The translations under genes and the position numbers were made by a program. A stretch of DNA of 43,103 nt, taken from UHGV virus genome UHGV-0195171; one strand, 5' to 3'. The DNA comes from a virus. The notes under the pieces are model-generated. The model saw only the letters and a list, made by a program, of their open reading frames with translations, had not been told where the DNA came from and ran no database searches. Each line of letters opens with the position of its first letter. Position 1 is the first letter of the stretch. Below are positions 24,115 to 34,424 of the stretch, one piece after another.

Positions 24115-26383
24115 CTTCCATTTCTCCTACTGGATCGATGCTGACAATGGTCATTGGCTGCGGCAGGTCCTGCACGATACGGATGCTTCCATTCTCATTA
24201 AACTCGCCAGGCCACGGAACGGTAACCACGCCATTAAACAGCGGAGGCGCCTCATCCATATTGTCTGAGTAATCTCGCGCGCGAAGCTTATCCAGATATT
24301 TGCCGCCCTCATCGCCGAATTTACCGCCAAGCGTATCGATAAATCGCAGTCGTGCTTTGGCAAAGCGTTTAATCCCCCCTTCCAGAGGCAAGGTGATAAT
24401 TTCAGCCGCATTATTGATTCCGACGTGAACAACAGATGATGGCCAGTCCAGCGTGATGCTGCCTCCGCTTACCGTTCGCGATGCGTGCGTGGCGCCGTCG
24501 GTCACGACTGCCACCGTCTGCCCTTCCAGAAACCCCAGTCCGGAAATGACCGTTGTCGCAACGCCGTTGTATGTCGCCATACAATCCAGCACTCGCGCCC
24601 ATTCCTGGGTGATAAACGCGCTGTCATATTCCTGCAGCATATATTCCAGATAGCGCACCGTTGCGCCGTTTATGGTTCGTCTAACAACCATCCACAGCTC
24701 ATCGCGTCCGCCATCGATATCCGGAATGACCTTGATACTTTCCACCGCACCGCCGGTAGCATGCTCATGCCAGCCGGTGATGTTTTGCTCTGCGTCATAG
24801 GTCAGTCCCAGCAGTTTGCCTTCTTCCAGCAACACCCAAAGGATCCGGTTGGGCTCCTGCTGATACGCCAGAGCAATTATTTCAGACGTAAAAAGATGGG
24901 GGGCCAGAATGCAGGAATTGGTTGCTGAAAACGAGTCACTGCCCGAATCATAGGCGGCAATCATCACCTTGCGCCCAGCACGCTGCACAAACGCAACTCG
25001 ATCAAAAAGGCGCTCTGCCTGCACTTCGTTGCTGCCGATCGTACTGTTCAGCTCAACCTTTGTATTACCCGCGCCAAAAACGGAAGTCAGGCTTTGCTCG
25101 CCATAGGAGAATTCATACCCGGCAGTCCCGATAAATATTTTCCCTGCGGAGGCGACCAGCCATTGCATGGTGTCCTGAGTATCATCAATGCGATCATTAA
25201 TCGAATCGTCGCTTTCTGCCTCATAGCCATTTGTCATTGGGCTGAAGTTCTGCAGATCACCAGCGACGCTGGACCATATTTTTTGCCGGCCAGCGAAGAC
25301 CAGGCGTCCCCGGAAAAATGCCGCAAACTGGGGGTAGCGGAGAACATCAGACCAGTCACCGAAAGCGTATTTATACGTTTTCCCAACTGTGTTTCTGACG
25401 CTGGGTGGTAGTTCAGTGACGATCTTACCGGTTGCGGATGTGGCACTATTGACCGCTGTTATCTCAATGATCCCCCAGCCACCGCCTGAATATCGCCAGA
25501 GCGACGCATCACCACCGCTTCCATCCCTGTGGGCGCCAGCTGTCCATGTAGGCTGCGTATTACCGGTCTTGGTGCCGTCCATGTCTTCGTAATATTTCCC
25601 ATCTGAACGGCAGAAAACACCGGCGGAGAAAGTTTCTGATGTGCCAGCAGCCCAGGCGGGTATGTAACCGCTATGACCGGTATCATCATCCACTGCATCA
25701 GTGCTGGCTTCGATGTAAAAAAGACACCCTACATGCGCAGTCTGAAAAATATCTGTGTTGGCAGTGATGTTGCAGAGGCTTGTAGTGGTTGGGGTGCCGT
25801 CAGGCAAATCGTTTCCATCCTCAGACCAGATCCTGAACTGGTCGGTGTAAACGACGCTGGATTTGTCAGAATTAATATCAGCGAATGGCCCCCCCGAAAA
25901 ACCGGCCTCTGCCAGGCTCCAGTTGGTATTAGTGTTTCGGGTCAGCTTATGAACCGGGTAATTTCCATTTGTGCAGGTTATGTAAATCACATCTGCTGAC
26001 TGCTGCAGAGACAGGCCAAATTTCCCGTTACGGGTCAGATCATCAGCTCCCCACGGCGTTTCAATTTCAAGAATGTTGTTATCGCCATCCAGCAGTTGCG
26101 CATGGTTGTACCAGAACCGGATGTATCCAGGGCCAAACTCCAGGATAAAAGCCTCCGTCGTACTAAACTGAAATGATGCTAACCAGACTCGGTCGCTGCT
26201 GTTTTTTACTGAACCGGCGTATTGCGTCCCGCCGCGGCGACGCGCGGGCCCCTGCGGTAGCGGTATGAAGTTTTTCATGTACTTGACGGCGCTGGCCCAC
26301 TTATCAAAATCTACTTGCCCATACATCACAGGCGAAAGTATTCCAGCATTAAAGCTACGCTTTATAGGACGGATTTTTGCCAT
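24107..26383 (-). CDS. large virion structural protein (758 aa; putative tail hub/adaptor)
   Basis: Long ORF between the head genes and the ejection proteins. No coiled-coil tape-measure character. Confidence 0.5.
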   Translation of the reverse strand: MAKIRPIKRSFNAGILSPVMYGQVDFDKWASAVKYMKNFIPLPQGPARRRGGTQYAGSVKNSSDRVWLASFQFSTTEAFILEFGPGYIRFWYNHAQLLDGDNNILEIETPWGADDLTRNGKFGLSLQQSADVIYITCTNGNYPVHKLTRNTNTNWSLAEAGFSGGPFADINSDKSSVVYTDQFRIWSEDGNDLPDGTPTTTSLCNITANTDIFQTAHVGCLFYIEASTDAVDDDTGHSGYIPAWAAGTSETFSAGVFCRSDGKYYEDMDGTKTGNTQPTWTAGAHRDGSGGDASLWRYSGGGWGIIEITAVNSATSATGKIVTELPPSVRNTVGKTYKYAFGDWSDVLRYPQFAAFFRGRLVFAGRQKIWSSVAGDLQNFSPMTNGYEAESDDSINDRIDDTQDTMQWLVASAGKIFIGTAGYEFSYGEQSLTSVFGAGNTKVELNSTIGSNEVQAERLFDRVAFVQRAGRKVMIAAYDSGSDSFSATNSCILAPHLFTSEIIALAYQQEPNRILWVLLEEGKLLGLTYDAEQNITGWHEHATGGAVESIKVIPDIDGGRDELWMVVRRTINGATVRYLEYMLQEYDSAFITQEWARVLDCMATYNGVATTVISGLGFLEGQTVAVVTDGATHASRTVSGGSITLDWPSSVVHVGINNAAEIITLPLEGGIKRFAKARLRFIDTLGGKFGDEGGKYLDKLRARDYSDNMDEAPPLFNGVVTVPWPGEFNENGSIRIVQDLPQPMTIVSIDPVGEMEDD

Positions 26384-26991
26384 TACAAACGAGCCTCCAT
26401 CCAGGTTGAAGGTGGGAATTTCTCACTGGGCTTTTCTATAGCGTTTACGCGAATGGCTCCTGCGATGATCATCTGGAACTGCTGCAACAGCGATTCAACC
26501 AGCGTATCCTTGCCGGTCACCGCTTTACAGGAGCGAACTGCCAGCATACAAGCCAGCGCATCAACAAAGGTGGAGTCGAATTGTGATGCATCGGTTACTC
26601 TGGCCCGATAGCGCAAGCTAAGCGGTGGCTGTAGATCCGTCAGCAATTCCCGCCCCTCGATGCGATATTCAGCCGTGACCAGGCGGGGATCGTATTCAGA
26701 GAAATCACGCCCGTAATATCTGTCCCCCACCGATACCAGTACCATTAAATCAACGGGCAGCTGGTAAGCGTATTGATAGTCGATGACAGGCGTTTTGTTT
26801 AATGGGGTAAGCTGGGTGCTGCGGGCGCAAAAATTCCAGGCATATTCGCGCTGTAGTTTTTCGAGGAGGGGGTTGTAAATCAGGTTCATCACGCGCGTGT
26901 TTTTATCCTGCTCATCACGATCCATGAGATGGTCGGATCCCAGGAAGGAAACCAGCGCCAGATTCATGATATCTGTCTGACCGGTCATCAT
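26383..26991 (-). CDS. hypothetical head-tail joining / virion protein (202 aa)
   Basis: ORF in the structural module. Confidence 0.5.
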   Translation of the reverse strand: MMTGQTDIMNLALVSFLGSDHLMDRDEQDKNTRVMNLIYNPLLEKLQREYAWNFCARSTQLTPLNKTPVIDYQYAYQLPVDLMVLVSVGDRYYGRDFSEYDPRLVTAEYRIEGRELLTDLQPPLSLRYRARVTDASQFDSTFVDALACMLAVRSCKAVTGKDTLVESLLQQFQMIIAGAIRVNAIEKPSEKFPPSTWMEARL

Positions 26992-27000
26992 AATACCTCA

Positions 27001-27026
27001 TAAAAAAGCAGGGGCCGCAGCCCCTG
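27001..27026 (-). terminator. rho-independent terminator after the capsid-associated gene
   Basis: The minus strand reads caggggc-tgcg-gcccctg followed by ctttttt. Confidence 0.5.
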
Positions 27027-27049
27027 AAAACGCACTCACTCCACCCTAA

Positions 27050-27523
27050 TTAAGCAATGCTGAGATTAAGCGCGGCGAACTCAACGTTATTAGCGTAAGA
27101 GCGCCATGTCTGTGCATCTTTCGTTATGAAGGCATCTAATGCGCCAGCGGTGAACGGGCCTGTAGCGACCGTATATTGCAGGCTTAAAAAGCGTTTATAA
27201 TTGGCCGAAGGCAGCGCCACCACGACAACCGGTTTACCTGCGACGAGACTGCCCAGCGCTTTCGCTGGAGTAGAAAAAATAACGGTTGGTGTATCGCTTT
27301 TGTCCTCATTGGCATAAGCGCGTAACTCAATCGCAAGCGTAGCCGCCCCTGCGGCCGTGAATGTCACCGACGGAGTCACAACCAGAAAAGTCGGCTCGCC
27401 AGCGCCAGCATCGATCACAGTGTTGTAATCAAAGGCTGGGTTAAAATCGATGATGTTCGTGCTGGCCGCTGAGGCGGTGATCGCCTGAGAGTCAGAAAAT
27501 TCAAGCTGGGCATCAACAAACAT
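27050..27523 (-). CDS. capsid-associated protein (157 aa; possible decoration/Ig-like)
   Basis: Ala/Thr/Val-rich beta-type composition. Lies immediately downstream of the major capsid gene. Confidence 0.45.
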   Translation of the reverse strand: MFVDAQLEFSDSQAITASAASTNIIDFNPAFDYNTVIDAGAGEPTFLVVTPSVTFTAAGAATLAIELRAYANEDKSDTPTVIFSTPAKALGSLVAGKPVVVVALPSANYKRFLSLQYTVATGPFTAGALDAFITKDAQTWRSYANNVEFAALNLSIA

Positions 27524-27561
27524 GGTTATCTCCTGAAAAAGTAAACCGGAAAATCGCCCCG

Positions 27562-28557
27562 TTAAGAGGCGACGACCTGAGCTTCCCCGATTTTTAACTG
27601 GTCAACCCGGCGCACCGGAACTTCGCCAAAGAACATCACACGACGTCCGCCAGCCATTTCCATTGTCAGGGTTGAGTTTTTCACGGCATCAACCAGCTGC
27701 AGACGCAGCATCGCGCGCAGTGTGCGGTTCATGTAATAAGCCGGGCTTACACCAACCAGTGACTGGATACGCTCTTCCGCGATAGCCATCAGTTTGATGA
27801 GGTTTGCACCCGCATTAGCGTTAGTACGCAGAGCGGTAACATCAATGTTGGCGATGCGTACGACGTAGCGCCAGTCGTGCAGCGCAATACCGAGATCCCA
27901 GGTATAGAGGTCCATCAGCGCCCGGAAGCGGTTGCCATCATCATCAAAGGCGTCGCCCTCGCCCAAATCACGATGAGTCAGACCGGCTTTTGAACCTTTC
28001 GGGAAAATTCCGTAGACCTTGTCAGGCGCCCATCCGATGAGATAAATCGAGGTGAGATTCGCACCAGTACCGCCGGCGTCGATGATGTTGTCGGCATTAG
28101 GCGCAGACAAATCGCTGAAGCGTGGAGCAATGCCCAGGAATGCCTCCGGTTGCCCAACAAGCGTGCCGTTAAGCATCTGGAATTGAGCCTTCTGGTTCAT
28201 CGCTTCCATGAACGGTTTAGACTGGTTGAAGCGAAAACCTGCCGTATTACCATTCAGCGCAGCAACCCGAACATCAACCTGAGAGCGGGCTTCAAGAAGA
28301 CCGGTAGTCTCATCTACCTGCGCGGTAGTTGCCTTGCTTTCCGGAATACCTTTGTTCAGCTTGCGCCAGTACACAGCAGGTAAACCAGTACGGGTTGTGA
28401 TGCGCGTTCCGGTCGGCAGGTTGCCTTCATAAAACGGGCAATCCCAGAGCATTTCGTTGTCCTGATCCAGAACCTCCGCGACATTCGCAGAAGTGCCATC
28501 AGGATCAAGCAATTTCGCTGCGTCCCAGAGAGTCGGTAAGCCGGTAAGTGTTGGCAT
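27562..28557 (-). CDS. major capsid protein
   Basis: 331-aa ORF following the scaffold gene. Size and position match HK97-fold capsid proteins of epsilon15-type phages. Confidence 0.65.
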   Translation of the reverse strand: MPTLTGLPTLWDAAKLLDPDGTSANVAEVLDQDNEMLWDCPFYEGNLPTGTRITTRTGLPAVYWRKLNKGIPESKATTAQVDETTGLLEARSQVDVRVAALNGNTAGFRFNQSKPFMEAMNQKAQFQMLNGTLVGQPEAFLGIAPRFSDLSAPNADNIIDAGGTGANLTSIYLIGWAPDKVYGIFPKGSKAGLTHRDLGEGDAFDDDGNRFRALMDLYTWDLGIALHDWRYVVRIANIDVTALRTNANAGANLIKLMAIAEERIQSLVGVSPAYYMNRTLRAMLRLQLVDAVKNSTLTMEMAGGRRVMFFGEVPVRRVDQLKIGEAQVVAS

Positions 28558-28567
28558 TTAAAACTCC

Positions 28568-29326
28568 TTATTGCATGTTCGGCCACATGCGGTGGGCAAT
28601 GTCTTTTTCTGCTGCATTCCCCGTCGCTGCGGCTGTAACTGTTTTGTCTTCACCTAGCGCTTTACCGATCGCCAGGACTGCATTCACAAGGTCTGGGTCA
28701 TTGAGTAATCCCGCAGTGTTGAATTTTTCAATCACAGCATCGGGGAAAAATCGCTGCACGGCGTTCTGGAGGATCGCTGTATTTGCCTCAACTTCACTTC
28801 CCCAGGACTTGATAACCTTTTCCCGGTTAGCAGCATTTTGATTAGCAATATTTTCCTGGGCACTTTTTTGTTGTTCGGCTGCATATTCGTTGAATTTATT
28901 AATTACGGTTTCAGCCTGCTTTTTATTGAGCCCGCTTTCATGCATCCAGCTCAAGGCCGTATTTAAAAATGTCCCATCGCTGCCTTCCGGTGGCTTAATA
29001 CCGTAGTCTTCAACTTTTTCCGGGCGCCCCAACTTCTCGTAAAGTTCCTGCCAGCCTTTTTCGTCGCTATCTTCTGGGAGTTTTTCGAGGAATGGCGCGG
29101 TGGTCTGCGACTGCTGTTGGGCGGCTTGCTGCTGTTGCTGCTGTCCCTCTCCCCCCTGCTGTTGCTGAGCGCCTGGATTTAAAAGGTTTTGTTGCTGGGC
29201 CGCATCGCTAATCTGCTGCTGGGCGGCAGAATCAACACCTGCGGCAGCGGCAGCGCCACCACCTTCCCCGCCTTCAATGGTTGCATTCATCAGACGGCGC
29301 AGGATTAAGCGTTCAAACAGATTCAT
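28568..29326 (-). CDS. scaffolding protein (Gln-rich)
   Basis: 252 aa, acidic and helical, with a poly-Q tract (QQQGGEGQQQQQQAAQQQ). Lies between the portal and capsid genes. Confidence 0.55.
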   Translation of the reverse strand: MNLFERLILRRLMNATIEGGEGGGAAAAAGVDSAAQQQISDAAQQQNLLNPGAQQQQGGEGQQQQQQAAQQQSQTTAPFLEKLPEDSDEKGWQELYEKLGRPEKVEDYGIKPPEGSDGTFLNTALSWMHESGLNKKQAETVINKFNEYAAEQQKSAQENIANQNAANREKVIKSWGSEVEANTAILQNAVQRFFPDAVIEKFNTAGLLNDPDLVNAVLAIGKALGEDKTVTAAATGNAAEKDIAHRMWPNMQ

Positions 29327-29639
29327 TGTTGTCGTCCTCGTTAAGTTCGTTCATCTCTTCGGCGATCATTGCGGCAATATCAGATTGCGACAGGCCGAGA
29401 TAGTGGTTTATGTGCAGGAAAACTTCCCGGCGGCCCTCCGAAACAAATACGGCGTATGGGTCGGTTTGCTGGGTCGTTGGGGAAATAGCGACACTGGAAG
29501 AATTGACGTGACAGAGTTTTGCCAATAGTCGGATGACAACTTTCTGTTCCGGCGTCATGTTCCCCGGGGTGCCGAAGACTGACTGGAAAGCCCGCGCACG
29601 GTTCAGCGTGAGCCACAGACTTTTTATACGGTTCATCAT
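29313..29639 (-). CDS. hypothetical head-assembly protein (108 aa)
   Basis: ORF between the portal and scaffold genes. Confidence 0.45.
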   Translation of the reverse strand: MMNRIKSLWLTLNRARAFQSVFGTPGNMTPEQKVVIRLLAKLCHVNSSSVAISPTTQQTDPYAVFVSEGRREVFLHINHYLGLSQSDIAAMIAEEMNELNEDDNNESV

Positions 29640-31303
29640 TATCCCTGTAACGCTGGCGACGGCGCAGGTGTCTGCGCAATCTGATTGGCCTGGGCGAAAT
29701 CTTTAGCTGCGGTTGCAGCCACCGGCGCTGCGGCAAGCAGCTGCTGTAGTTGCAGTTGCTGCTGATCTGCAGCATCCTGCGCAGCCATTTCATCTTCGGT
29801 TTTAACCACCTGTAGCGGTGCACCACTGGCTTTAGCAATAAAGCGCAATGCGGCATCGCCATTCAGGGTGCGGGCGATATTCTGATCAAACTGTCCGATA
29901 GTGCCGGCAGCATTAATGACGTTCATAATCCCGCTCGCTTCTTCACTCATCTGCAGGCGCACCAGCGGGCTGGTGTATTCGATATCGTATTCGCCACCAA
30001 TTTCTTTCAGTTGTTCGGGCGGTTCGGGCAGCAGACCGTTCTGATAAGCAATGTCAATTTCCCGCAGGATCATAGTCCCCAGGAACTCGGCCTGAATACG
30101 CCCGGCGGTCGGCGCCAGCAACTGACCTTTTTCCTGCGCACGCAGCATCGCTTCTGTTGCAGTCATTTGCGGGTTATCAACGAGGATCTGGAAGAGCGTG
30201 ATAAAAAAACCGTCGTTGATGGTCTGTCGTTTCTGCTCTGCCAGCGTCATCGCCACGCTAAAATCAGTAGCAGTATTCAGAGGTAAGGCAAGTGGTTTAC
30301 CGTCCCGGTTCATTCCGCCGAAGTTCAGCGCGCCAGGCATCATTTTGAACGGTTGCAGAATGCCGTCTTCCGGTAACAGCATCGGCGGGCGCACGGCCAT
30401 TTGCGCACCCTCGATAATGGCGCGGTTGATTTCGTTCAGCAGCTTAATATCCGGTAGAACAACCATTGCAGGTGAGCGTCCATATACCTCACCCGGCGCG
30501 GTGTAATATCGGCTGATTGCATAGGGCTGTGACCAGTAGCCGCCCTCCTGCACAATCTTGCTTCCCTCCATGCAAATATGCACAGACCGGAATGGCATGC
30601 CCTCTTTGTCCTGCCGTGACATGTCACGTTTATCATTAGGTTCGACGCGGTGCAGGAAGTTAAATTGCTTTGACGGATCGTTCTTCGCGGTCGTTCTTAC
30701 CTGTTGAGGGAGATTATCTTCACCAAATTGCTGAATAGCCTGACGGGCAGTCATGCAATATTTACGGTGAACAACATCGATCATCCCCTGGAAATTCTCA
30801 GTGAAATAAATTTCTCGCAGGTGATAAGTGCAATAACGCGGGCCTTTTCCGATCACGTTATCAACGAACGTGCAGCCGGTCCCAAATGCACCCGAGGAAA
30901 TATAATGCTCATGAGATTGCGAGGCGAAATTAGCCCACGGTGCATAACGGAGGCGGAAGAGAATATCGCGAACCTCCTGGAAATAACGCTGCACCTCTTC
31001 ATCATCAGAAAATCGCTCATTGCTGAGAGTGTGCCATTTCTGTGTTCTCGGGGTGATAACTGATTCGATGGCCGCTCCGAATTTTTGCAACGCCAGCGCG
31101 CCGGTAGCATCTATCGCTTTCTCGGTACGTTTACCGCCCTTCTGCCTGGTCCCTTTGAACTCGGCACTGCGCGGTAGAATGCGCTCTGCTATTTCCTGCC
31201 AGTGCTGCTCGAACACGGAACGATCGGTTTCCATGCTTTTTTGCTCACGCAGTATCCGGCCGATACGCTCTGATTCATTTTCTTGTGTTTTTTGGTCTGA
31301 CAT
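29639..31303 (-). CDS. portal protein
   Basis: 554-aa ORF immediately after the large terminase, coupled by an ATGA overlap. Confidence 0.7.
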   Translation of the reverse strand: MSDQKTQENESERIGRILREQKSMETDRSVFEQHWQEIAERILPRSAEFKGTRQKGGKRTEKAIDATGALALQKFGAAIESVITPRTQKWHTLSNERFSDDEEVQRYFQEVRDILFRLRYAPWANFASQSHEHYISSGAFGTGCTFVDNVIGKGPRYCTYHLREIYFTENFQGMIDVVHRKYCMTARQAIQQFGEDNLPQQVRTTAKNDPSKQFNFLHRVEPNDKRDMSRQDKEGMPFRSVHICMEGSKIVQEGGYWSQPYAISRYYTAPGEVYGRSPAMVVLPDIKLLNEINRAIIEGAQMAVRPPMLLPEDGILQPFKMMPGALNFGGMNRDGKPLALPLNTATDFSVAMTLAEQKRQTINDGFFITLFQILVDNPQMTATEAMLRAQEKGQLLAPTAGRIQAEFLGTMILREIDIAYQNGLLPEPPEQLKEIGGEYDIEYTSPLVRLQMSEEASGIMNVINAAGTIGQFDQNIARTLNGDAALRFIAKASGAPLQVVKTEDEMAAQDAADQQQLQLQQLLAAAPVAATAAKDFAQANQIAQTPAPSPALQG

Positions 31304-32697
31304 CAGTTGTCCCCATACAGATCCCAGTCGGAATCAGCGTAAAACTGCTGGCTATGTCCAGGAGGGTTATAAGGATCGTAATTGGACTGGGCAAATTGCT
31401 GGGTTGTGTGGCGGTTGCCGCTACGCAAAGACTTACTGCCTACTGCACCATAACGGAATGAGTCTGCGCCGTGAGACGTCCAGTTATGCAGAGGGGTTGG
31501 CTTATACATTTTTCGAGTGTCGTCCCACTCTTTTTGATACTGTCCCAGAGCCTCCAGGCCTTTTTCGCATTTGGTTTTGTCGAACCAACAGGATCGCAGC
31601 ATCATACGCACCTCGCTGATACCATCATCAACCGATGTGGCCGGCAGTACCTTGCAGCGTATCCCCAGCTTGCCCAGCGTCTCTTCGCGTGATGCTCCGG
31701 TGCTCAGTTCTCGGGCGCGTACATCGTGCGGGAAGAAATGACGCTCAGCATAGGTATACGGTTTCTCGCGCAATATTTTTACGTAGTGCTCCAGGCCAAC
31801 ACCGGACGATTCGTAATAATCAATGACGCGTACCTCTTTGCCGATAAACTGATAAAACCAGATAGCCGTTGCGTCGCCAATGCCCAGGTCCCATGACGTA
31901 TAAACCTCATACTGGGGATCCCACGGCACATTCCCTATTTGCCCTGCCTTCTCCAGACCAACCAAAATCGATGAGTAATAGGCGCCGGGTATTGCAGCGT
32001 TCCAGTCGCACATGTATTCCTGATTGAACAGAGCTTGCCCCTCATCCTCCCCGCGCTCTGCCTGCATCTCGCGCAACTCCTGAGCGAGTGTTTCCGGTGG
32101 GATGTGCAGCGTAATATCGGCGCTTAAATGATCACAAAACCAGTTGTCAGGATCCTTTAACCCACCCTGGAACATTTTGTAGAAGTGGTTTTTCCCGCGT
32201 GGTGTGGAGACAAAAAAAGCCCAGCCGCCGTTATCAGCCAGTATCGGTCGCAAAAATGCCCACGCAGAGGGGTTACTTAGTGCCCATTCAGAGAAAACAA
32301 TCCCGACATGACCGGAACCAATGAGCGCGCCATAGTTGTCGCTGCCGACTGCCTGCCACGTGGAACCGTTGATGAACTCGATCATCATCTCGTTATCGAG
32401 CGTTTTTCTTCTCAACTCATGAGGAAAAGCCTCATCGATACGCAGACGCCCCGTCCTCGGATTAACCGCCTTCCAGATAGCCTTTCTTACCTGGTTCGCC
32501 TGCGGCAGGCAGTGGGCATAGTTCCCGACACGCTCGAATGCCTTACATGCTGTCATGTGCAGGCTGAAATCATCTTTCCCGTAACGGCGAGGCCAGCAAA
32601 GCGCCGCTCTTTTTTTTCCACCCTGAATTTCAGCCCATGCCCTTCGCTGATGTGGGCGGGGAGTCCAGTTGTTCGCCGGGAGAATAATTTCTGCCAT
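31303..32697 (-). CDS. terminase large subunit
   Basis: 464 aa. N-terminal ATPase region with a P-loop-like WPRRYGKD. C-terminal nuclease-like region with acidic residues. Confidence 0.75.
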   Translation of the reverse strand: MAEIILPANNWTPRPHQRRAWAEIQGGKKRAALCWPRRYGKDDFSLHMTACKAFERVGNYAHCLPQANQVRKAIWKAVNPRTGRLRIDEAFPHELRRKTLDNEMMIEFINGSTWQAVGSDNYGALIGSGHVGIVFSEWALSNPSAWAFLRPILADNGGWAFFVSTPRGKNHFYKMFQGGLKDPDNWFCDHLSADITLHIPPETLAQELREMQAERGEDEGQALFNQEYMCDWNAAIPGAYYSSILVGLEKAGQIGNVPWDPQYEVYTSWDLGIGDATAIWFYQFIGKEVRVIDYYESSGVGLEHYVKILREKPYTYAERHFFPHDVRARELSTGASREETLGKLGIRCKVLPATSVDDGISEVRMMLRSCWFDKTKCEKGLEALGQYQKEWDDTRKMYKPTPLHNWTSHGADSFRYGAVGSKSLRSGNRHTTQQFAQSNYDPYNPPGHSQQFYADSDWDLYGDN

Positions 32698-32781
32698 TTA
32701 TTCACTTCCTATTCACTCTACTGGATAAAATGCCGGGGTTTTTCTCATTCAATCGATTAACCAGGCAATTGAAACGCCTGG

Positions 32782-33234
32782 CTATTCTTTTTCGTTGAAG
32801 TGCTTTACCTTGACGGTCATTTCCAGATCACCCTCAACAGATTTTTTTTCCACCAGCCCAAGCTCGCGAGCAATGATGTTGGCGTTAAGCAGATCAGCGG
32901 CAGCGCCAGAAAATTTCTGCTCATAGATGAGGCTTTCCACTCGCGTAGTGATCGGGAGTAAATCTTTTTTCTTCGCGTATGCTTCCCACGTCTTCCGGTC
33001 TATATCGAGGAACAGGAACAAGCCGCTAAGCGTCATAGCACGCATTTTCGGGAGTCTGGCTTTAGTGATTGTCCCCTGAAAACTAAATGCTTTGGTTTCC
33101 CACAGAGGGTGTTTTTCCACCCAGTCGAAATATTCACAGCAGGCATCCCACAGCTTTTCAGGATCAGAGAACTTTGGGTTTCTCCCGTGCTTGCTGCGTG
33201 CCAGCCAGAATTTATTGCCCTTTGGCGCTGCCAT
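32782..33234 (-). CDS. terminase small subunit
   Basis: 150 aa. N-terminal [40 protein letters not shown] resembles P22 gp3-type small terminases. Confidence 0.65.
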   Translation of the reverse strand: MAAPKGNKFWLARSKHGRNPKFSDPEKLWDACCEYFDWVEKHPLWETKAFSFQGTITKARLPKMRAMTLSGLFLFLDIDRKTWEAYAKKKDLLPITTRVESLIYEQKFSGAAADLLNANIIARELGLVEKKSVEGDLEMTVKVKHFNEKE

Positions 33235-33240
33235 ATCTCA

Positions 33241-33501
33241 TTACTCCGTGTTACGACGGGTGTATTTCCGCTTCTGCTGAATTTCTTCGGGATCGCTTTT
33301 TGGCTCTTCAATTTTCTCATCGCGTGGTTTTTCTTCCGGGTAAAGCGACAGGAATGCATCCACGACAGATCTGACAATGTCTTTAGCTGCCTGCGTTCCG
33401 TCCGAACCGCCGGGCCAGCCGAAATTTTTAGCCAGAACAGCGCCAGCACTTTTAACGATCTCCACCTGAATACTGGTGTCTAACTCATGCAGTTTTTTCA
33501 C
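33241..33501 (-). CDS. hypothetical protein (86 aa)
   Basis: ORF upstream of the terminase genes. Confidence 0.45.
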   Translation of the reverse strand: MKKLHELDTSIQVEIVKSAGAVLAKNFGWPGGSDGTQAAKDIVRSVVDAFLSLYPEEKPRDEKIEEPKSDPEEIQQKRKYTRRNTE

Positions 33502-33718
33502 TGTTGTCTTCCTCTTCAGGGATAAGGCCCATAGCGGTCATCAGGATTTTCAGTTCTGGTGCGTCACCGTTTTTTACTGCGCGTAAAATCACACGGTCAG
33601 AATTGCCGTTCGCGTAAGCAGCTGCGCCATACATGGCTGTGTTCAAGTGCGCTTTAAGAAAGCGGGCTTTCATCAGCTCCAAGAGTTTTTCGGCTTCTTC
33701 GTCATTAAGGGTGATCAT
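33485..33718 (-). CDS. hypothetical protein (77 aa)
   Basis: ORF with an AAGGAG SD. Confidence 0.5.
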   Translation of the reverse strand: MITLNDEEAEKLLELMKARFLKAHLNTAMYGAAAYANGNSDRVILRAVKNGDAPELKILMTAMGLIPEEEDNSEKTA

Positions 33719-33786
33719 TGGTTTCTCCTTTCATGCTGCTTGCAGTGAGGCCACCAACTGAAATGGCCTCTTGATCTCCGGATTTG

Positions 33787-34071
33787 TTAGCAGTCTGCAT
33801 CAGGGCGGGAGACTGCACGGCATGCCCACATACAGGCTTCCTGCATTTTGGTGCGCGCGATAGCCATGCAGCGCAAAGCTTCTGCTCTCTCGGTTTCGGC
33901 CTGACTACCACGCTCGACAACTTCAGCCGTTGCAACCTCTCGCTCTGTATCGAGCAGACTGCAAAAATGCCGGCTGACACCTTTGAGACGATTCATACGC
34001 TCAATGTCACCCGTGGTTAATGTGCGGTAGCCCTTTACGGTGCTGCCGTCCTGCGGTTTAGCTTCGCTCAT
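33787..34071 (-). CDS. hypothetical protein (94 aa)
   Basis: ORF with an AGAGGA SD. Preferred over the overlapping alternative 33705-33980 on composition and RBS. Confidence 0.5.
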   Translation of the reverse strand: MSEAKPQDGSTVKGYRTLTTGDIERMNRLKGVSRHFCSLLDTEREVATAEVVERGSQAETERAEALRCMAIARTKMQEACMWACRAVSRPDADC

Positions 34072-34424
34072 TGGTTTTCCTCTTTCGGTGGTTGTCGTGC
34101 ACTCCGCAGCAGCAGAGTGATCATGTAGTTTTTGCTGTGGCGCCGGCAGGAGTCGAAAAAGCTTTCGCGTTTGCTCATAGGGATTTTGTTTCCGGAAAAC
34201 TTCTCCGCCAGCTCTGCCGTTGGGAAATAAATGCGACGTGAATTTCGTCCTGTTTCGTTGTGGGCGCGGAATATAAGATTGTCTTTAAGCAGACTGTCCA
34301 AAATAAAAAATACAGTGCTGCGTGACATACCGAGCGAATACATCACTTCGGCAGAAGTTACCCCTTCCGAACAGGTGCGAATAAGCTCAAGCACCGCAAT
34401 TTTTTTTCTGGTTAAACCCGACAT
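34068..34424 (-). CDS. winged-helix DNA-binding protein (candidate late-gene regulator)
   Basis: 118 aa. The segment …IAVLELIRTCSEGVTSAEVMYSLGMSRSTVFFILDSLLKDNLI… looks like a MarR/PadR-type wHTH. Located just upstream of the packaging genes. Confidence 0.4.
   Translation of the reverse strand: MSGLTRKKIAVLELIRTCSEGVTSAEVMYSLGMSRSTVFFILDSLLKDNLIFRAHNETGRNSRRIYFPTAELAEKFSGNKIPMSKRESFFDSCRRHSKNYMITLLLRSARQPPKEENQ

Noticed and set aside
32761-32781. Hairpin ccaggc-aattgaaac-gcctgg between the small and large terminase genes as a terminator or pac site
   Set aside because: No T-run on either strand and only a single copy, so there is insufficient support.
33705-33980. 91-aa minus-strand ORF overlapping 33787-34071
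   Set aside because: The alternative frame (33787-34071) has a good SD and a protein-like charged composition. This frame has neither.
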